From the NCBI RefSeq assembly GCF_009914755.1, contig NC_060939.1: DNA of 64,000 bases. One strand, written 5' to 3'. Shown here piece after piece: positions 25,834 to 40,012 of the stretch; positions within the stretch are counted from its first letter, which is position 1, and each line of letters opens with the position of its first letter. Under the pieces are notes generated by a model, which searched no databases, was not told where the DNA came from, and worked only from the letters and a program-made list of their open reading frames with translations. The translations under genes and the position numbers were made by a program. This stretch comes from the human T2T-CHM13v2.0 reference genome, Homo sapiens.

Positions 25834-27675
25834 CAGGCACACCCCATTTGACTGTGCCTCGCTTTACTGTACCTCGCAGATACTGTTTTTTATAAACTGA
25901 AGGTCTGTGGCAACCCTACACTGATCAAGTCTATCGGCGCCATTTTCCCAAAAGCATGTGCTGACTTACCGTCGCTATGTCACGTTTTGATAATTCTTGA
26001 AATATTTTAAACTTTTTCATTATTTTATCTGTTATGATGATCTGTGATCAGTAATGTTTGATGTTACTGTTGTACTTGTTTTGAGGCACCACAAACCACA
26101 CCCATAGAAGACGGTGAACTTAAATGATAAATGTGTATGTTCTGATTGCTCCGCCAACCAGCTGTTCTCCCATCTCTCTCCCTCTCCTCAGACCTCCCTA
26201 TTATGTCCCTGAGACACAACTTATTGAAATAAGGCCACTTAATAACCCTACAGTGGCCTCTAAGAGTTCAAGTGAAAGGAAGAGTTGCATATTTCTCACT
26301 TTAAGTCAAAAGCTAGAAATGATTAAGATTAGTGAGTAAGGCACACTGAAAGCCAAGACAGGCTGAATGCTAGGCCTCTTGCACCAGTTACCCAAGAAAA
26401 AGTTCTTGAAGCACAATTAAGTGCAATTCTTGTAAACACACAAATGATGAGAATGCAAAACAGTCTTATTGCTGATATAGAGAATGTTTGGCATAGACAG
26501 AAGATCAAAACGGATACAATATTCCCTTAAGCCAAAGCTAATCCAGAGCTTGCTAACTGTCTTCAATTCCACGAAGGCTAACAGAGGTGAGAAGGCTGCT
26601 GAAGGAAAGTCTGAAGGTAACAGAGATTGGTTCCTGAGGTTTAAGGAAAGACGCCGTCTTCATAACATAAAAGTGCAAGGGAAAGTAGCAAGTGCTGATG
26701 TAGAAGCTGCAGCAAGTTACCCAGAAGATCTAGCCAAGATCAGTGATGAAGGTGGCTACGCTAAACAACAGGCTTTCAACGTAGATGGAACAACCGTCTA
26801 TTGGAAGAAGATGCCAGCTAGGACTTTCATAGCTAGAGAGAAGTCAATGTTTGCCTTCAAAGCTTCAAATATTTTGTTAGGGGCTAATGCAGCTGATGAC
26901 TATATTAGTTGAATTCACTGAAGTCAATGCTCATTGACCATTCTGAAAATCTTAGGGCCCTTAAGAATTATGCTAACTCCACTCTGACTGTGCTCCAGAA
27001 ATAGAACAAAACCTGGAAGTCAGCACATTTGTTTACAGCATGGTTCACTGAATATTTTAAGCCCACTATTGAGGCCTACTGCTCAGAAAAAAAGATTTCT
27101 TTCAAAACATTACTGCTCATTGACAATGTACCTGGTCGCCCAAGAGCTCTGATGAACATGTACAAAGAGATTAAAGTTGTTTTCATGCCGGCTAACACAT
27201 CATTTTTTCTGCAGCCACATGGATCAAGGAGTAATTTCGACTTTCAAATCTTGTTATTTAAGAAATACATTTCATAAGGCTATAGCTGCCATAGACAGTG
27301 ATTCCTCTAACGGATGTGGACAAACTAAATTGAAAACCTTCTGGAAAGCCAGCACCATTATAAATGCCATTAAGAACATTTGTGATTCATGGGAGGAGGT
27401 GAAAATATCAACATTAACAGGGATTTGGAAGAAGTGGATTCCAACCCTCACAGATGACCTTGAGGGATTCAACACGAGTGGAAGAAGTGACCTCAGATGT
27501 GGTGGAAACAGCAAGAGAACTAGAATTAGAAGTGGAGTCTAAAGATGTGACTTAATAGACTATAGTACTTTTATATCCACTGGGAAACCAAGAAATTTGT
27601 GTGACATGCTTTGTGAAGACACTTGCTTTATTGTGTTGATTTAGAACCAAGCCTGCATATCTCCAAGCATGCCTA
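25834..27675 (+). mobile_element. Tigger1 (pogo/TcMar) DNA transposon, internally deleted, with a decayed transposase
   Basis: TA|CAGGCA... 5' TIR and ...ATATCTCCAAGCATGCCT 3' TIR; transposase remnants [43 protein letters not shown]. Confidence 0.9.
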
Positions 27676-27679
27676 CAGC

Positions 27680-28110
27680 TCCCTCTCCCTGAGTGTGGGC
27701 TGGACTTAATGACCTGCTTCTGATGAGCAGAATAGGGCAAGAACTGGAGTGTGGTCACTTCTGTGATTCAGTTACACAGGACCGGGGCTCTGTCTCCTCC
27801 ACTCTCTCTTGCTGGTGCTCCCTCCTGCGCCTCCCTTGCTCTCGCTGACAGAGTCAGCTGCCACCCTGTGAGACGCTCTATGGACACGTGGCAAAGGGCT
27901 GAGTGAGGGGAGGCTCTGCCAACAGCTCATAAGGGACTGAGGCCTCAGCCCAAAGTTCCATGAGGGACTGAATCCTTGCTCGGACAGCCTCAAGATGACT
28001 GCAGCCTGCTGAGATTCTGAGCTGGAGGACGGAGCTATGCTGCATCCAGAGTCCTGACCCAGAGAAACTATGAAATAATAAATGTGTGTGAGACAGTACA
28101 TTACATGAGA
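27680..28110. mobile_element. MLT1 LTR fragment, continuing the piece at ~25765-25830 that Tigger1 split
   Basis: GAGTGTGGGCTGGACTTAATGACCTGCTTCT...CCTGACCCAGAGAAACTATGAAATAATAAATG. Confidence 0.65.
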
Positions 28111-28276
28111 GTATCTCACTCATGAATAGGATCTCCCAAAAATCTAAAACAAAACTATCACAAACACAAGCCAGATACATATCCTGACCAAACTGGATCT
28201 ATCCAAAGAATGTAAGTTTGTTTAATATGAGAAAACCAATTAATCCAACTGGCTATACTAATCCATTAGAAAACAC

Positions 28277-28659
<383 letters not shown>

Positions 28660-28979
28660 CTAGAAACAGAAGGAAACATGCCTAATCTGATCAAGGGCTT
28701 CTACTCAAACCCCACTGGAAGCCTGGGAACGCTCCATCTGCACCCGCTCCAGTCTTGATCAAGGCAGGAGCCTCCACCCACTCCTACCCAGAATCACACC
28801 GCAACCCCAGCCTGCACCATGAGCTCCCATTCTCCCACACAAACGGGAAAAATAAAAGAGAGGTAGGCTAGACAGAAAGGAACAGCATTCATTTAGAGAC
28901 TACGGCACTCTATAAAGAAGATACAAGAAATCTTCACATATACTAGAATGGAGACAGTCAAGTAGGTCACCAAACATAA

Positions 28980-29750
<771 letters not shown>

Positions 29751-29930
29751 TTAATTTAAAGATTATACAAAAATATCTTAGAACTCTAGCTGCTTCCTGC
29801 ATACCACAGTATCATTAATCCTGAGAAACGTTTTAGTACAGATCCTTGCACGTGCTAAGAACCACACAGCACCTTTAGCCACAACTGCCTCAGGCTCAAT
29901 GACCTTGTGACATAGAAAAAGAGCTCTTAC

Positions 29931-30129
29931 CTTCCCATCAGCCGTCACAGCAAAGAGGGTCTGTTCCCCTCCGATTAATTGCACGGGTCTGAGAGTTGCA
30001 AGGGCTTCACAGGGAGTGGGAACTTTGACTTTTGCGCCTTCAATGCCCCCGAGCTGGCCCCTGTGATTATGTCCCCATCCATAAATTGTTCCACTGCCAC
30101 CAGCAGAGAGAGTCCAGTCATCTGGTCGC
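29931..30129 (-). CDS. HERC2: HERC2 exon 78 (RLD3 start)
   Basis: 199 nt; [28 protein letters not shown]...TADGK. Confidence 0.96.
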
Positions 30130-30229
30130 CTACAATACACATCAAGTGAGCATTTGCCATGGGCAAGAACAATGCACACAGCCTCTCACACTCACGATCG
30201 ACATTACTGCTTGTTTCTAATATAATAAC

Positions 30230-30345
30230 CTGTTCATCCACTGCACAAGTTGTTCGTCTTGCTCTCTTTTAAAAATGTCATGGCTCTCATGCAGAACATC
30301 CATGTTTTCGCTGTCTGCCATTAATTCACGAATTTTCTTAGCCAC
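30230..30345 (-). CDS. HERC2: HERC2 exon 77
   Basis: 116 nt; VAKKIRELMADSENMD...VQWMNR. Confidence 0.95.
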
Positions 30346-30736
30346 CTAAACAAAATTATTATGATGTTACAAATCAAACACTTATCTCAAACAAAATAGA
30401 TAAATACTAAGGAAAGACAGAAGGAATCCCTGCCTAAAAATATGAGGGAAGAGCAACATTGCAATGTTATGGTTCATGGGCAAAACCAATAATGACTGCA
30501 TCAAGTCTAACATATTAGAAATGTCTAGACAGTATCATTCTACCTGTAGTTTACTAAAAATAAACTTTAACTGAAATTCACAGTGTCAGTTCACTCATTT
30601 TCACCTATGTGTTATTTTCTTTGATATTCCTTGGCAAGCGAAATTTTTCTGTGTCTCGTAATATTGGCATCTTGTTACACTATAGCTAAATAATGTTTTT
30701 GCATCCCAAAAGTGATTCCAAAATATCATGCAATAC

Positions 30737-30892
30737 CTCATCAAGAAACAGACGGGGCAACGGTGTTCTTTTGTCAAGGGCCACAGCAACACGGGAGGCC
30801 ATGCAGTACCTCCGGAACCAGGCCCACTTGTGCGTCTCGGCACAGCAAGGCAGAGTGTCCAGCTCCAGGTCACAAGCAAGAGCTACCAGTAC
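30737..30892 (-). CDS. HERC2: HERC2 exon 76
   Basis: 156 nt; VLVALACDLELD...PRLFLDE. Confidence 0.95.
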
Positions 30893-31325
30893 CTGCAGGC
30901 ACCAAAAATGACAAACTCAGGGAAACTCAGAAATGCAGTGAACAGGCCAAGGTTTCTGTGGCTCCTTCCGCAGGACCTCCTATTCCAGGATGACGGCCAT
31001 GGGCACAGCAAGGATACGGCCACCATCAGTGATGTGGCGACCTCTGACAGTTCCTAGCCACGTGCCACACAACTGCTGCAACACTTGTTGCCTGCATCAA
31101 GTGACAAGAACACCTGTGCATCTCAAGGCATGCTAACGGTTACAGGCTTATGGTTTAAGGGTTTAGATTACACGATCATTTCTTGAGATTTTTTCATATT
31201 TGACTTCAGCAATACCTACAGCTGCCCTCAGAGGCCTAAAACACACACACTGCACATGACAACTCTCAGTGGCTCTTTCAGTCAAATAGCTCTATTGTCA
31301 CTTTAAAAAAGAAGTGAAACATTAC

Positions 31326-31451
31326 CTTAAAGAATGGGCTGTGGAGCAGCTGTTTGCCACCCCTCACAATAGGATCTTCATATTCAAACTGCCTTTGCAA
31401 AGCTTCTGGAAGACCTTTCACCAAAGCAGCAAGAGCACTACCTGTAAAACT
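31326..31451 (-). CDS. HERC2: HERC2 exon 75
   Basis: 126 nt; SFTGSALAALVKGLPEALQRQFEYEDP...HSPFFK. Confidence 0.95.
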
Positions 31452-31814
31452 CTAAGAAACAACAGAACAGTATTCTATCGCAGGAATCCAGGTGCCGGGG
31501 AGGCTGACCATTTGTTTCTACCGTCAAATGTTTTATTATGTTGGTACTAACTCTTCTAAAAAAACTAAAAAAAAAAAGCTTATCAAAATTCTCAAGTAGG
31601 AAAAAAGCTAAAAGAACATAAACACTGAAATAAAAAAGAGGAGTTTGAAGACTCATCTCAGAATGTTTGGTCTTGATTTCAGTACATCCGCTTCCAGAGA
31701 AATAGCCCCTCTCTGGCCCACAAACGCTGCCTGTCTCGTCCCATGGGTAGGATCAAAAGGGACTACTTTAGTCAGCAAAATAAAGGGGAGGCCAATCAGT
31801 TAGCCTCATTGTAA

Positions 31815-32245
<431 letters not shown>

Positions 32246-32371
32246 AAGGCCTCCTTATTCTTATGTGAAACTCCCCAACTCCTCTCAACGATTTAGAGGT
32301 TTAGACTACTAAAGCAACATTTTATTCCCCAAGGGTCACAAATCTAGAAATTGTACTAGAATGCTCCATAC

Positions 32372-32490
32372 CAAAGCTCTTGTTTCCCCATCATTTTCTC
32401 CAAGCAGCCTATTTATGTTAATTGACTGCCCAAATTCAGTTGTAAGCAGCTTCCTCAGTCTCTGAAGGGCCCACATTCTGTGACTGGCAG
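32372..32490 (-). CDS. HERC2: HERC2 exon 74
   Basis: 119 nt; ASHRMWALQRLRKLLTTEF...GETRAL. Confidence 0.95.
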
Positions 32491-32575
32491 CTGAAATGAG
32501 CAGAGAGAAAGTATCAGAAGTCTGATGGTTTCTTCCAAGCAGGAAGACAGATGTAACTGTAATGGTGGCATTTAC

Positions 32576-32734
32576 CTAGGGCACTCAGCTGTGCACAAGC
32601 TGCCAGCGAGGCCGCAAGGCGAGGGACGATGCTTCTGTTAGAGGCAAGGTTGAGTCGGAAGTCTAACAGACACGTCACCAAGTCCATGGATGGACAGGAG
32701 AGGACGCAGCGGTCAGAGAGGAGTTCTTTAGGGC
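32576..32734 (-). CDS. HERC2: HERC2 exon 73
   Basis: 159 nt; [18 protein letters not shown]...AQLSAL. Confidence 0.95.
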
Positions 32735-33171
32735 CTGTGAATGAACACTGTAAACATCCCCGGGTTTCACAAGCTAGGTACCACCCCATAAGAAGCCGCC
32801 AACGAACAAGGGTGGCTCCACCCAGCCCCACCCACCAGAAGGCAACAGCTGGTGTGCCCATGCATGCCACTGCGAGTCGGTGAGACTCGCTCTTCACACT
32901 CACATTTCCACTGTAAACCAAAAGCCTAAGAACTGCACCAGCAACAACTCCTTCCACACCAGGTGAGGAGGAGTGTGAGCCTGACAGCTGGATGGCTGGG
33001 ACAGATCTGTGTTCTGTTCCACGCCTCAGCAGGGCCTGTGAGAGCACTCACTCCAACACAGCAGAAGGCAGGCTGTCAGGCACTACGTGGACATGTGCAC
33101 GTGTCCCTGTTGCTCCAGAAACAATCCACAGCCAGTCATCTAACCTTGATCGCCATAAGCCCCTTCCTTAC

Positions 33172-33303
33172 CAGCAGCTGGCATGATGGGATAGACGGTG
33201 AAGCGCCAGCCCCAGCCATTCACAGACCCATCGCTGATGAACTTCCACTTTAACTCATCCCCTGGGATGCGCAGCTCGCTGGACCAGTCGGACCACTCTC
33301 GGC
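33172..33303 (-). CDS. HERC2: HERC2 exon 72
   Basis: 132 nt; [43 protein letters not shown]. Confidence 0.95.
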
Positions 33304-34735
33304 CTGCGGGAGGAAAGCGCACCCCGGGGTTAGCTTCACTCCATCATCCAATCAACACAAACCTTCTTAGACGCAAAGCAGAATGATTTCCGTCACGTGT
33401 GAAGAGCAAGTTCCTCCAATCCAAGCTCTCCCAAGCCGAAGTGCACAGTGACACAACACTCTTGGGATTCACATTTTAATACATACCATTCTTCAGCAAA
33501 CACGCATTCAGCCCCTGTACCAGGTACCCAGGAAACTGCGGCAGGCGGGCAGACACTGCCCTGGCAGAAGCCACCACCCAGTGGGGAAATGACCCCACCA
33601 GCCAGGATACAGTGAGTGGCCTCCAGGTGTCCAGCACACACCAGGCCAGGGGCCATGGGGACATTTCCCGGGAAAGCTCTGATACAACCAGGTGACCAGG
33701 CAGCAGAAGGAAGAACCCTAGCTCTCCCAACAAAAGGCCTATGTGTGTGGTTCAGCACGGCCCAGAGTAGGCCGCCCTCGAGGGAGCAGAGGGCCTGGCT
33801 GCTGTGGACAGGAGCGGTGGTGTACTACACCTAAGATCTACAGGATCTTAGAAGGCCAAGAGAACCCTGCCAGATTTCTGCTTCAGAAGGACCATCTGCC
33901 AGCAGCTCAGGGATGGCCCATAAAGGCTTTCCACTGGATGCAGAAAAACTCACATCCAACAACACTACTGAAAACTACACTGGCAGACATCTGTCAAAGC
34001 ACCAGAAAAACCCACGCGCACTGGGACCATACCATTTCATGCAAAGCTTTACTTAACTAAGTAACACTGTGTGAATAAAGTTTTCCTGGGACACAGCCAC
34101 GCCCATTCTCTGGCATCCAGTCTGCATGTTGTTATGACAGAGGCTGCATTACCTGGCCCTTTACAGGAAACACTCGAGATGAAGGATAAAGAGGTCTTAA
34201 AAGGTGCATACACACACCCCTGCACTGCCAATTCTAAAATACTTGGTAAAAGAGCATTTCACAAGCACCCAAAGACGGACCTGACCTGTCCCAGCTGGCC
34301 TCATGGAGCCCAGCAGCAGAGATAAGCCGGACATGTGGCTGCCTCCACCTACATACAGAAGTCACTCCACACATGGCCATGCCCTCACTGCAGCCAGTAA
34401 GAAACAAACCTTTTGAAGAAGCTCTGCAGTATGCCAACCATGACCTTACACGAGCTCTGGCACCTCACACGTCTCCAGCACCTTCTGCAACTGTCTGATG
34501 AGGCAGGGCCCATCCGACAGGGATGTGGTACATACATCACAGATAATTACTGTATTTAAAAGTATGGGAAAGAGGCAAGCAAACCCACTGTGTTTCACAG
34601 CTGAATAGCATATTGTCCCTTCCTTAAGACTTCCATGAGAATACGAAGGCAGCATTCTGTCCTACAAATGTGAAGGGTTGTGTCTACGGAGACACAGGTG
34701 GGTAGATCATGCCCTGCTCAACCTCCTGTCCTTAC

Positions 34736-34843
34736 CTGACCGCACGGAGACGATCCTGTTGACGCCGTCCATGACTGTGAGAGGGTCGTGGCGCCTCTCT
34801 GTGGAGCACTGCCGGTCAAATTCTACCCTGAGTCCTTCTGCAC
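34736..34843 (-). CDS. HERC2: HERC2 exon 71
   Basis: 108 nt; [35 protein letters not shown]. Confidence 0.95.
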
Positions 34844-35845
34844 CTGAAGGACAGGCAAGCACAAAACATAGCAACCACTCCAGATCAGCACCCAAAGTAG
34901 AAACAGTGAAACTAAAACCACATTTAACAGCTAATGAATAGCAGAAAGTCAGAAAGAACTGGCCTCAAAGACAAGCATCTCAGACTGACCACTCTTTCCC
35001 CAGCTCATCCCCACTGAAGATCATGTCTGTGGACTGGAAGGCCAGAAAACACTTCCACTTGGCCAATTTGTTTTGTGCGGTCACTCCCGGGCAGACTTTC
35101 CTACTGCAACCACACTCCCCTGATCAAGCTTTACAGCGAACATCACACTGACCAGGGGCTGTGGGAATGCCCAGTGTGCAGCCAAGTCAGATGGCAGCTG
35201 TGGGTCACCTGGGGAGTGAGCGGCATTGGAGGTGAGGAGCACCTCAACTTCTGGCGTGTCCAGAGAACTGGAGAACCGCTTGGTGTGGAGAACCCGCACA
35301 TCTGGTGTGAGAGGTGTGCGAGCAGAGGCACAAGAGTTTTCCTTCAGGCTGGAAGATCTAGCAGAGGATGGCACTGAGAGGCCGGGAAAGAGGCAGGGGA
35401 GGAAGGAGGGAAGAAGGAGGGACGTGGGGCAGGGGCTCAGGTCCTCTCTTACGGTTACAGGGTTGACAGGCTTGGACTGGTTTTAAGATACTATCTCTGC
35501 ATGCTCTGTTGGGAGCTGATTCTGGGGGGGCCGCAGGAGGTGGGGAGTGGAAGCAGGAACACAGGGAGGCAGCTAGTATGTGGTTGCTAGGATGATAAAC
35601 TGGGTGAGACCCCACGGTGCTCTAGCCCAGAATGTCTAGAGTGAGGGAAAAATGGTTGAATTTGGAATATATTTTAAAAGCAGAGAAAACAGGATTTGCT
35701 GGTGGACTAGATATAAAGCGAGAGAGAAACAGAAGAGAAAAAGGGTCACAAGATTTTCGTCTAGGAAAAGGCTGACTAGAAATACCCTTTGTTCTTTAAA
35801 TTTCTATCATGAAGTAATAGCTTCAAGTTTAAAAATGCTTTTCTG

Positions 35846-36125
35846 GGCCAGATGTAGTGGTACACTCCTGTAATCTTAGCACTTCGGGAGGCCGAGGCAG
35901 GCAGCTTGTTTGAGCTCAGGAGTTAAAGACAGGCCTGGACAACAGGCTATATATTTTATTATATATTATATATTTTAAAATATAAAATTTTAAAAATTAG
36001 CTGGGCACGGCCTATAGTCCCAGTTACTCAGGAGGCTAAGGAAGGGGGATCGCTTGAGCCCAGAGTTTGGGGCTGTAGTGAGCCACGATCGTGCTACCAT
36101 ACTCCAACCTGGGCGACAAAGTGAC
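35846..36125 (+). mobile_element. AluJ with an AT-expanded linker
   Basis: Diverged Alu. Confidence 0.8.
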
Positions 36126-36249
36126 AAAGCTTTTCTGAATCTCACACCTCATTCTAAAAGTTGAAGAAAAATGATTTCACAAAAAAAGTGAGTGAGATAA
36201 AAGTATAAGACCAAATACAATAAAAAGTTATTGTTAGAAAAAGGGAATA

Positions 36250-36555
36250 GGCTGGGTACAGTGGCTCACACCTGTAACGATCTCAACACTTTGGGAGGCC
36301 CAGCTGGGAGGACTGCTTGAGCCCAGGAGTTTGAGACAAGATTGGGCAACACAGAGAGACTCATCTCCACAAAAAATAAAAATAAGTTAGCCAAGTGTGG
36401 CAGCACAAGCCTGTAGTCCTAGCTTCTCGGGAGGCTGATGGGGAAGGACGGCTTGAGCCTGGGAGGTCGAGGCTGCAGTGAGTCAGAATCACACCACTGC
36501 ACTTCAGCCTGGGTGACAGAGCAAGACTGTGTCTCCAAAAAAAAAAAAAAGAAAA
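36250..36555 (+). mobile_element. AluJ
   Basis: Diverged Alu plus A tail. Confidence 0.85.
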
Positions 36556-37056
36556 GTGAGAATAAGGAACAAAATAACATCCCCACAGGCAATAAAAGCA
36601 GGCCAGAAAGATACACCCACAAAACACATCAACCCTGAACATTTCAAAACAAATTGAGTGAAATTAGAAAAATGATACAAGACATGAAAGAACCACATAA
36701 ATCAGACTTACAAAAACCAAAACATTTTATAAAGCTGAAGACAGAATTACAATAAAACTACATTCCAATGGAGACTAAAACAGAGTGTAAAATCAAATAA
36801 ACACAGCAGATGCTACCTTAAGACAAATAGGAAAAAAGGAGGAAATTTTAAAAAAAGAAACAGAGGTAGAAAGTACTTGAAAGAGAAAGTAACCAACATT
36901 AACTCTAAAAGGCATGAACTATGCAATGCATGGAGAGTTACCAAGTGTCCCCAGAAAAGACTGCTAAGCAAGGCTACAGAACAAACACTGCAGACTGTAA
37001 TTCAAGAGAACGTCCTGCAAAACAGACTTGGGACGACAGACTAAAGGAGCACCCCT

Positions 37057-39302
37057 TACCCGAGAACATCACCGAGAACGGCCGCATGAACGTACATTCT
37101 GGTGAAATCACCAAAAAAACACATGCGGCTGCTAACCGAGAACGGCCACACGAACGCACATTCTAGTAACACTACCGAAGAAACACATGCGGCTTCTAAC
37201 CGAGAACATCACCGAGAACGGCTGCATGAACGCGCATTCTAGTAAAACTACCGAAGAAACACATGCGGCTTCTAACCGAGAGCATCACCGAGAACGGCCA
37301 CACGAACGTACATTCTAGTAAAACTACTGATAAAACACACGCAACTTCTAACTGAGAACATCACTGAGAACGGCCACACAAACGTATATTCTAGTAAAAT
37401 TACTGAAAAAACACACAACTCCTAACTGAAACATCACCGAGAACGGCCACACCAACATACATTCTAGTAAAATTACCAAAAAAACACACACGGCTCCTAA
37501 CCGAGAACATCACCGAGAACGGCCGCACAAACGTACATTCTAGTAAAATTACCGAAAAAACAAACGAGACTCCTAACCGAGAACATCACCAAGAACAGCC
37601 ACACGAACGTATAATCTAGTAATATTACCAAAAAAACACACGCGACTTCTAACCGAGAACATCACCAAGAATGGCCACACGAACGCACATTCTAGAAAAA
37701 TTACCGAAAAATACACGCAGCTCCTAACTGAAAACATCACCGAAAATGGCCACACGAACACGTGTTCTAGTAAAATTACCGAAAAAACACACGCAGCTCC
37801 TGAGAACATCACCGAAAATGGCCACACCAACATACATTCTAGTAAAATTACCAAAAAAACACACGCGGCTCCTAACCGAGAACGTCACCGAGAACGGCCA
37901 CACCAACATACATTCTAGTAAAATTACCAAAAAAACACATGCGGCTCCTAACCGAGAACGTCACCGAGAACGGCCACACCAACATACATTCCAGTAACAT
38001 TACCAAAAAAACACACGCGGCTCCTAACCGAGAACGTCACCGAGAATGGCCACACCAACATACGTTCTAGTAAAATTACCAAAAAAACACACGCGGCTCC
38101 TAACCGAGAACATCACCGAGAACGGCTGCACGAACGTACATTCTAGTAAAATTACCGAAAAAATACATGCAACTTCTAACCGAGAACATCACTTAGAATG
38201 GCCACATGAACGCACGTTCTAGTAAAATTACCGAAAAAACACACGCGACTTCCAACCAAGAACGGTCACACCAATGTATATTCTAGTAAAATCACCGAAA
38301 AAACACACGTGACTTCTAACCAAGAACATCGCCGAGAACAGCCACACGAACGCACATTCTAGTAAAATTACCAAAAAAACACATGCGACTTCTAACCAAG
38401 AGCATCACCAAGAACAGCCACACGAACGCACATTCTAGTAAAATTACCAAAAAACACACACGGCTCCTAACCGAGAACATCACCGAGAACGGCCACACGA
38501 ACACACATTCTAGTAAAATTACCAAAAAAACACACGTGACTTCTAACCAAGAACATCACCTAGAACGGCCACACAAACGCACATTCTAGTAAAATTACCG
38601 AAAAACACACACGGCTCCTAACCGAGAACATCACTGAGAATAGCCGCACAAATGCACATTCTAGTGAAATCACGAAAAAAACGCACGCGGCTGCTAACCG
38701 AGAACATCACCGAGAATGGCCACATGAACGTACGTTCTAGTAAAATTACCGAAGAAACACACGCGGCTTCTAACCGAGAACATCACTGAGGACGGCCACA
38801 CGAATGTATATTCTAGTAAAATTACTGAAAAAACACGCGGCTTCTAACAGAGAACATCACCGAGAACAGCCGAATGAACCCACATTCTAGTAAAATTACC
38901 GAAAAACACACACTGGCTTAACCGAGAACATCACCGACAACGGCCACACGAACGTACATTCTAGTGAAATTACCAAAAAAACACACGCAGCTTCTAACCG
39001 AGAATATCACCGAGAACAGCCACATGAACGTATACTCTAGTGAAATCACCGAAAAAAACACACGCGGCTTCTAACCAAGAACATCACCGAGAATGGCCAC
39101 ACGAACGTACATTCTAGTGAAATTACCAAAAAAACACACACGGCTCCTAACCAAGAACATCACCAACAACGGCCACACAGACATTCTAGTGAAATTACAG
39201 AAAAAACACACGCGGCTTCTAACTAACCGAGAACATCACCGAGAATGGCCACACGAACGTATATTCTAGTAAAATTACTGAAAAAACACACGTGACTTCT
39301 AA
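37057..39302. repeat. ~76-bp minisatellite, ~30 copies (~2.25 kb)
   Basis: Consensus ~ACCGAGAACATCACCGAGAACGGCCACACGAACGTACATTCTAGTAAAATTACCGAAAAAACACACGCGGCTCCTA; 30 TTCTAGT-type anchors counted between ~37097 and ~39264. Confidence 0.97.
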
Positions 39303-39817
39303 GGGGAAAAGATGTTATCATTATCATACTTTCACAGAGGAAAAAGACATGATCCAAGGCTTTAATATCCAGAAAAACTACCTTTCAAATTTGAAGGACA
39401 AAAACTCTCATGGACAAGTCTGATCTCAGGGACTAATGAGGAATTCACTAGAGTCCACTTCAGACCCCACGAGGACCAGTCAGTAAAACTAAGACTTGAA
39501 GACTGAAAGAAAGTATAGTATGTAACAGCTATTATGCTCTTGTAGATGCAGTATAATTATTTTAATAAATTCGAGAAAATTAGGGCATATTCTAAGATTT
39601 TTAAGAATTTCAGTAATTATACTGATGTTGGCAGTATTGAAATTATATCCTAAGTCTGTCGTGTATGAAATGTGGTTATGTAAAGCAAATGAAAAATCAT
39701 GAGATATTTTATCAAACACTCTTGGAACCAGGATTTGATATGGAAGAAAGGAGAGACAGATGTAACAGAAGAAGTACAGACCCCATACTTTTGAATTTGA
39801 GTAGAAGGAATCAGCAT

Positions 39818-40012
39818 ATTAGCCAGGCAAGGTGGCATGTGTCTGTACTCCTAGCTACTCAGGAGGCTGAGGCAGGAGGATCACTTGAGCCCAGGAATTC
39901 GAGGCTACAGTGAGCTATAATTGCACTACTGCACTCCAGCCTGGATGACAGAGCAAGATCCTATCTCTAAACAAATAAATACATAAATAAAATATAAAAA
40001 ATAAATAAAAGG
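39818..40012 (+). mobile_element. Alu right-arm monomer (FRAM/AluJ-like)
   Basis: TTAGCCAGGC...GACAGAGCAAGATCC plus A-rich tail. Confidence 0.8.

Noticed and set aside
26484-27542. Domesticated TIGD-like transposase gene
   Set aside because: Frameshifted fragments and an internal deletion; an ordinary Tigger1 fossil
37057-39302. CRISPR-like or coding repeat array
   Set aside because: Units are head-to-tail with no unique spacers, there are no cas genes, and the context is a human intron. The period is not a multiple of 3, so the ORFs are short artefacts.
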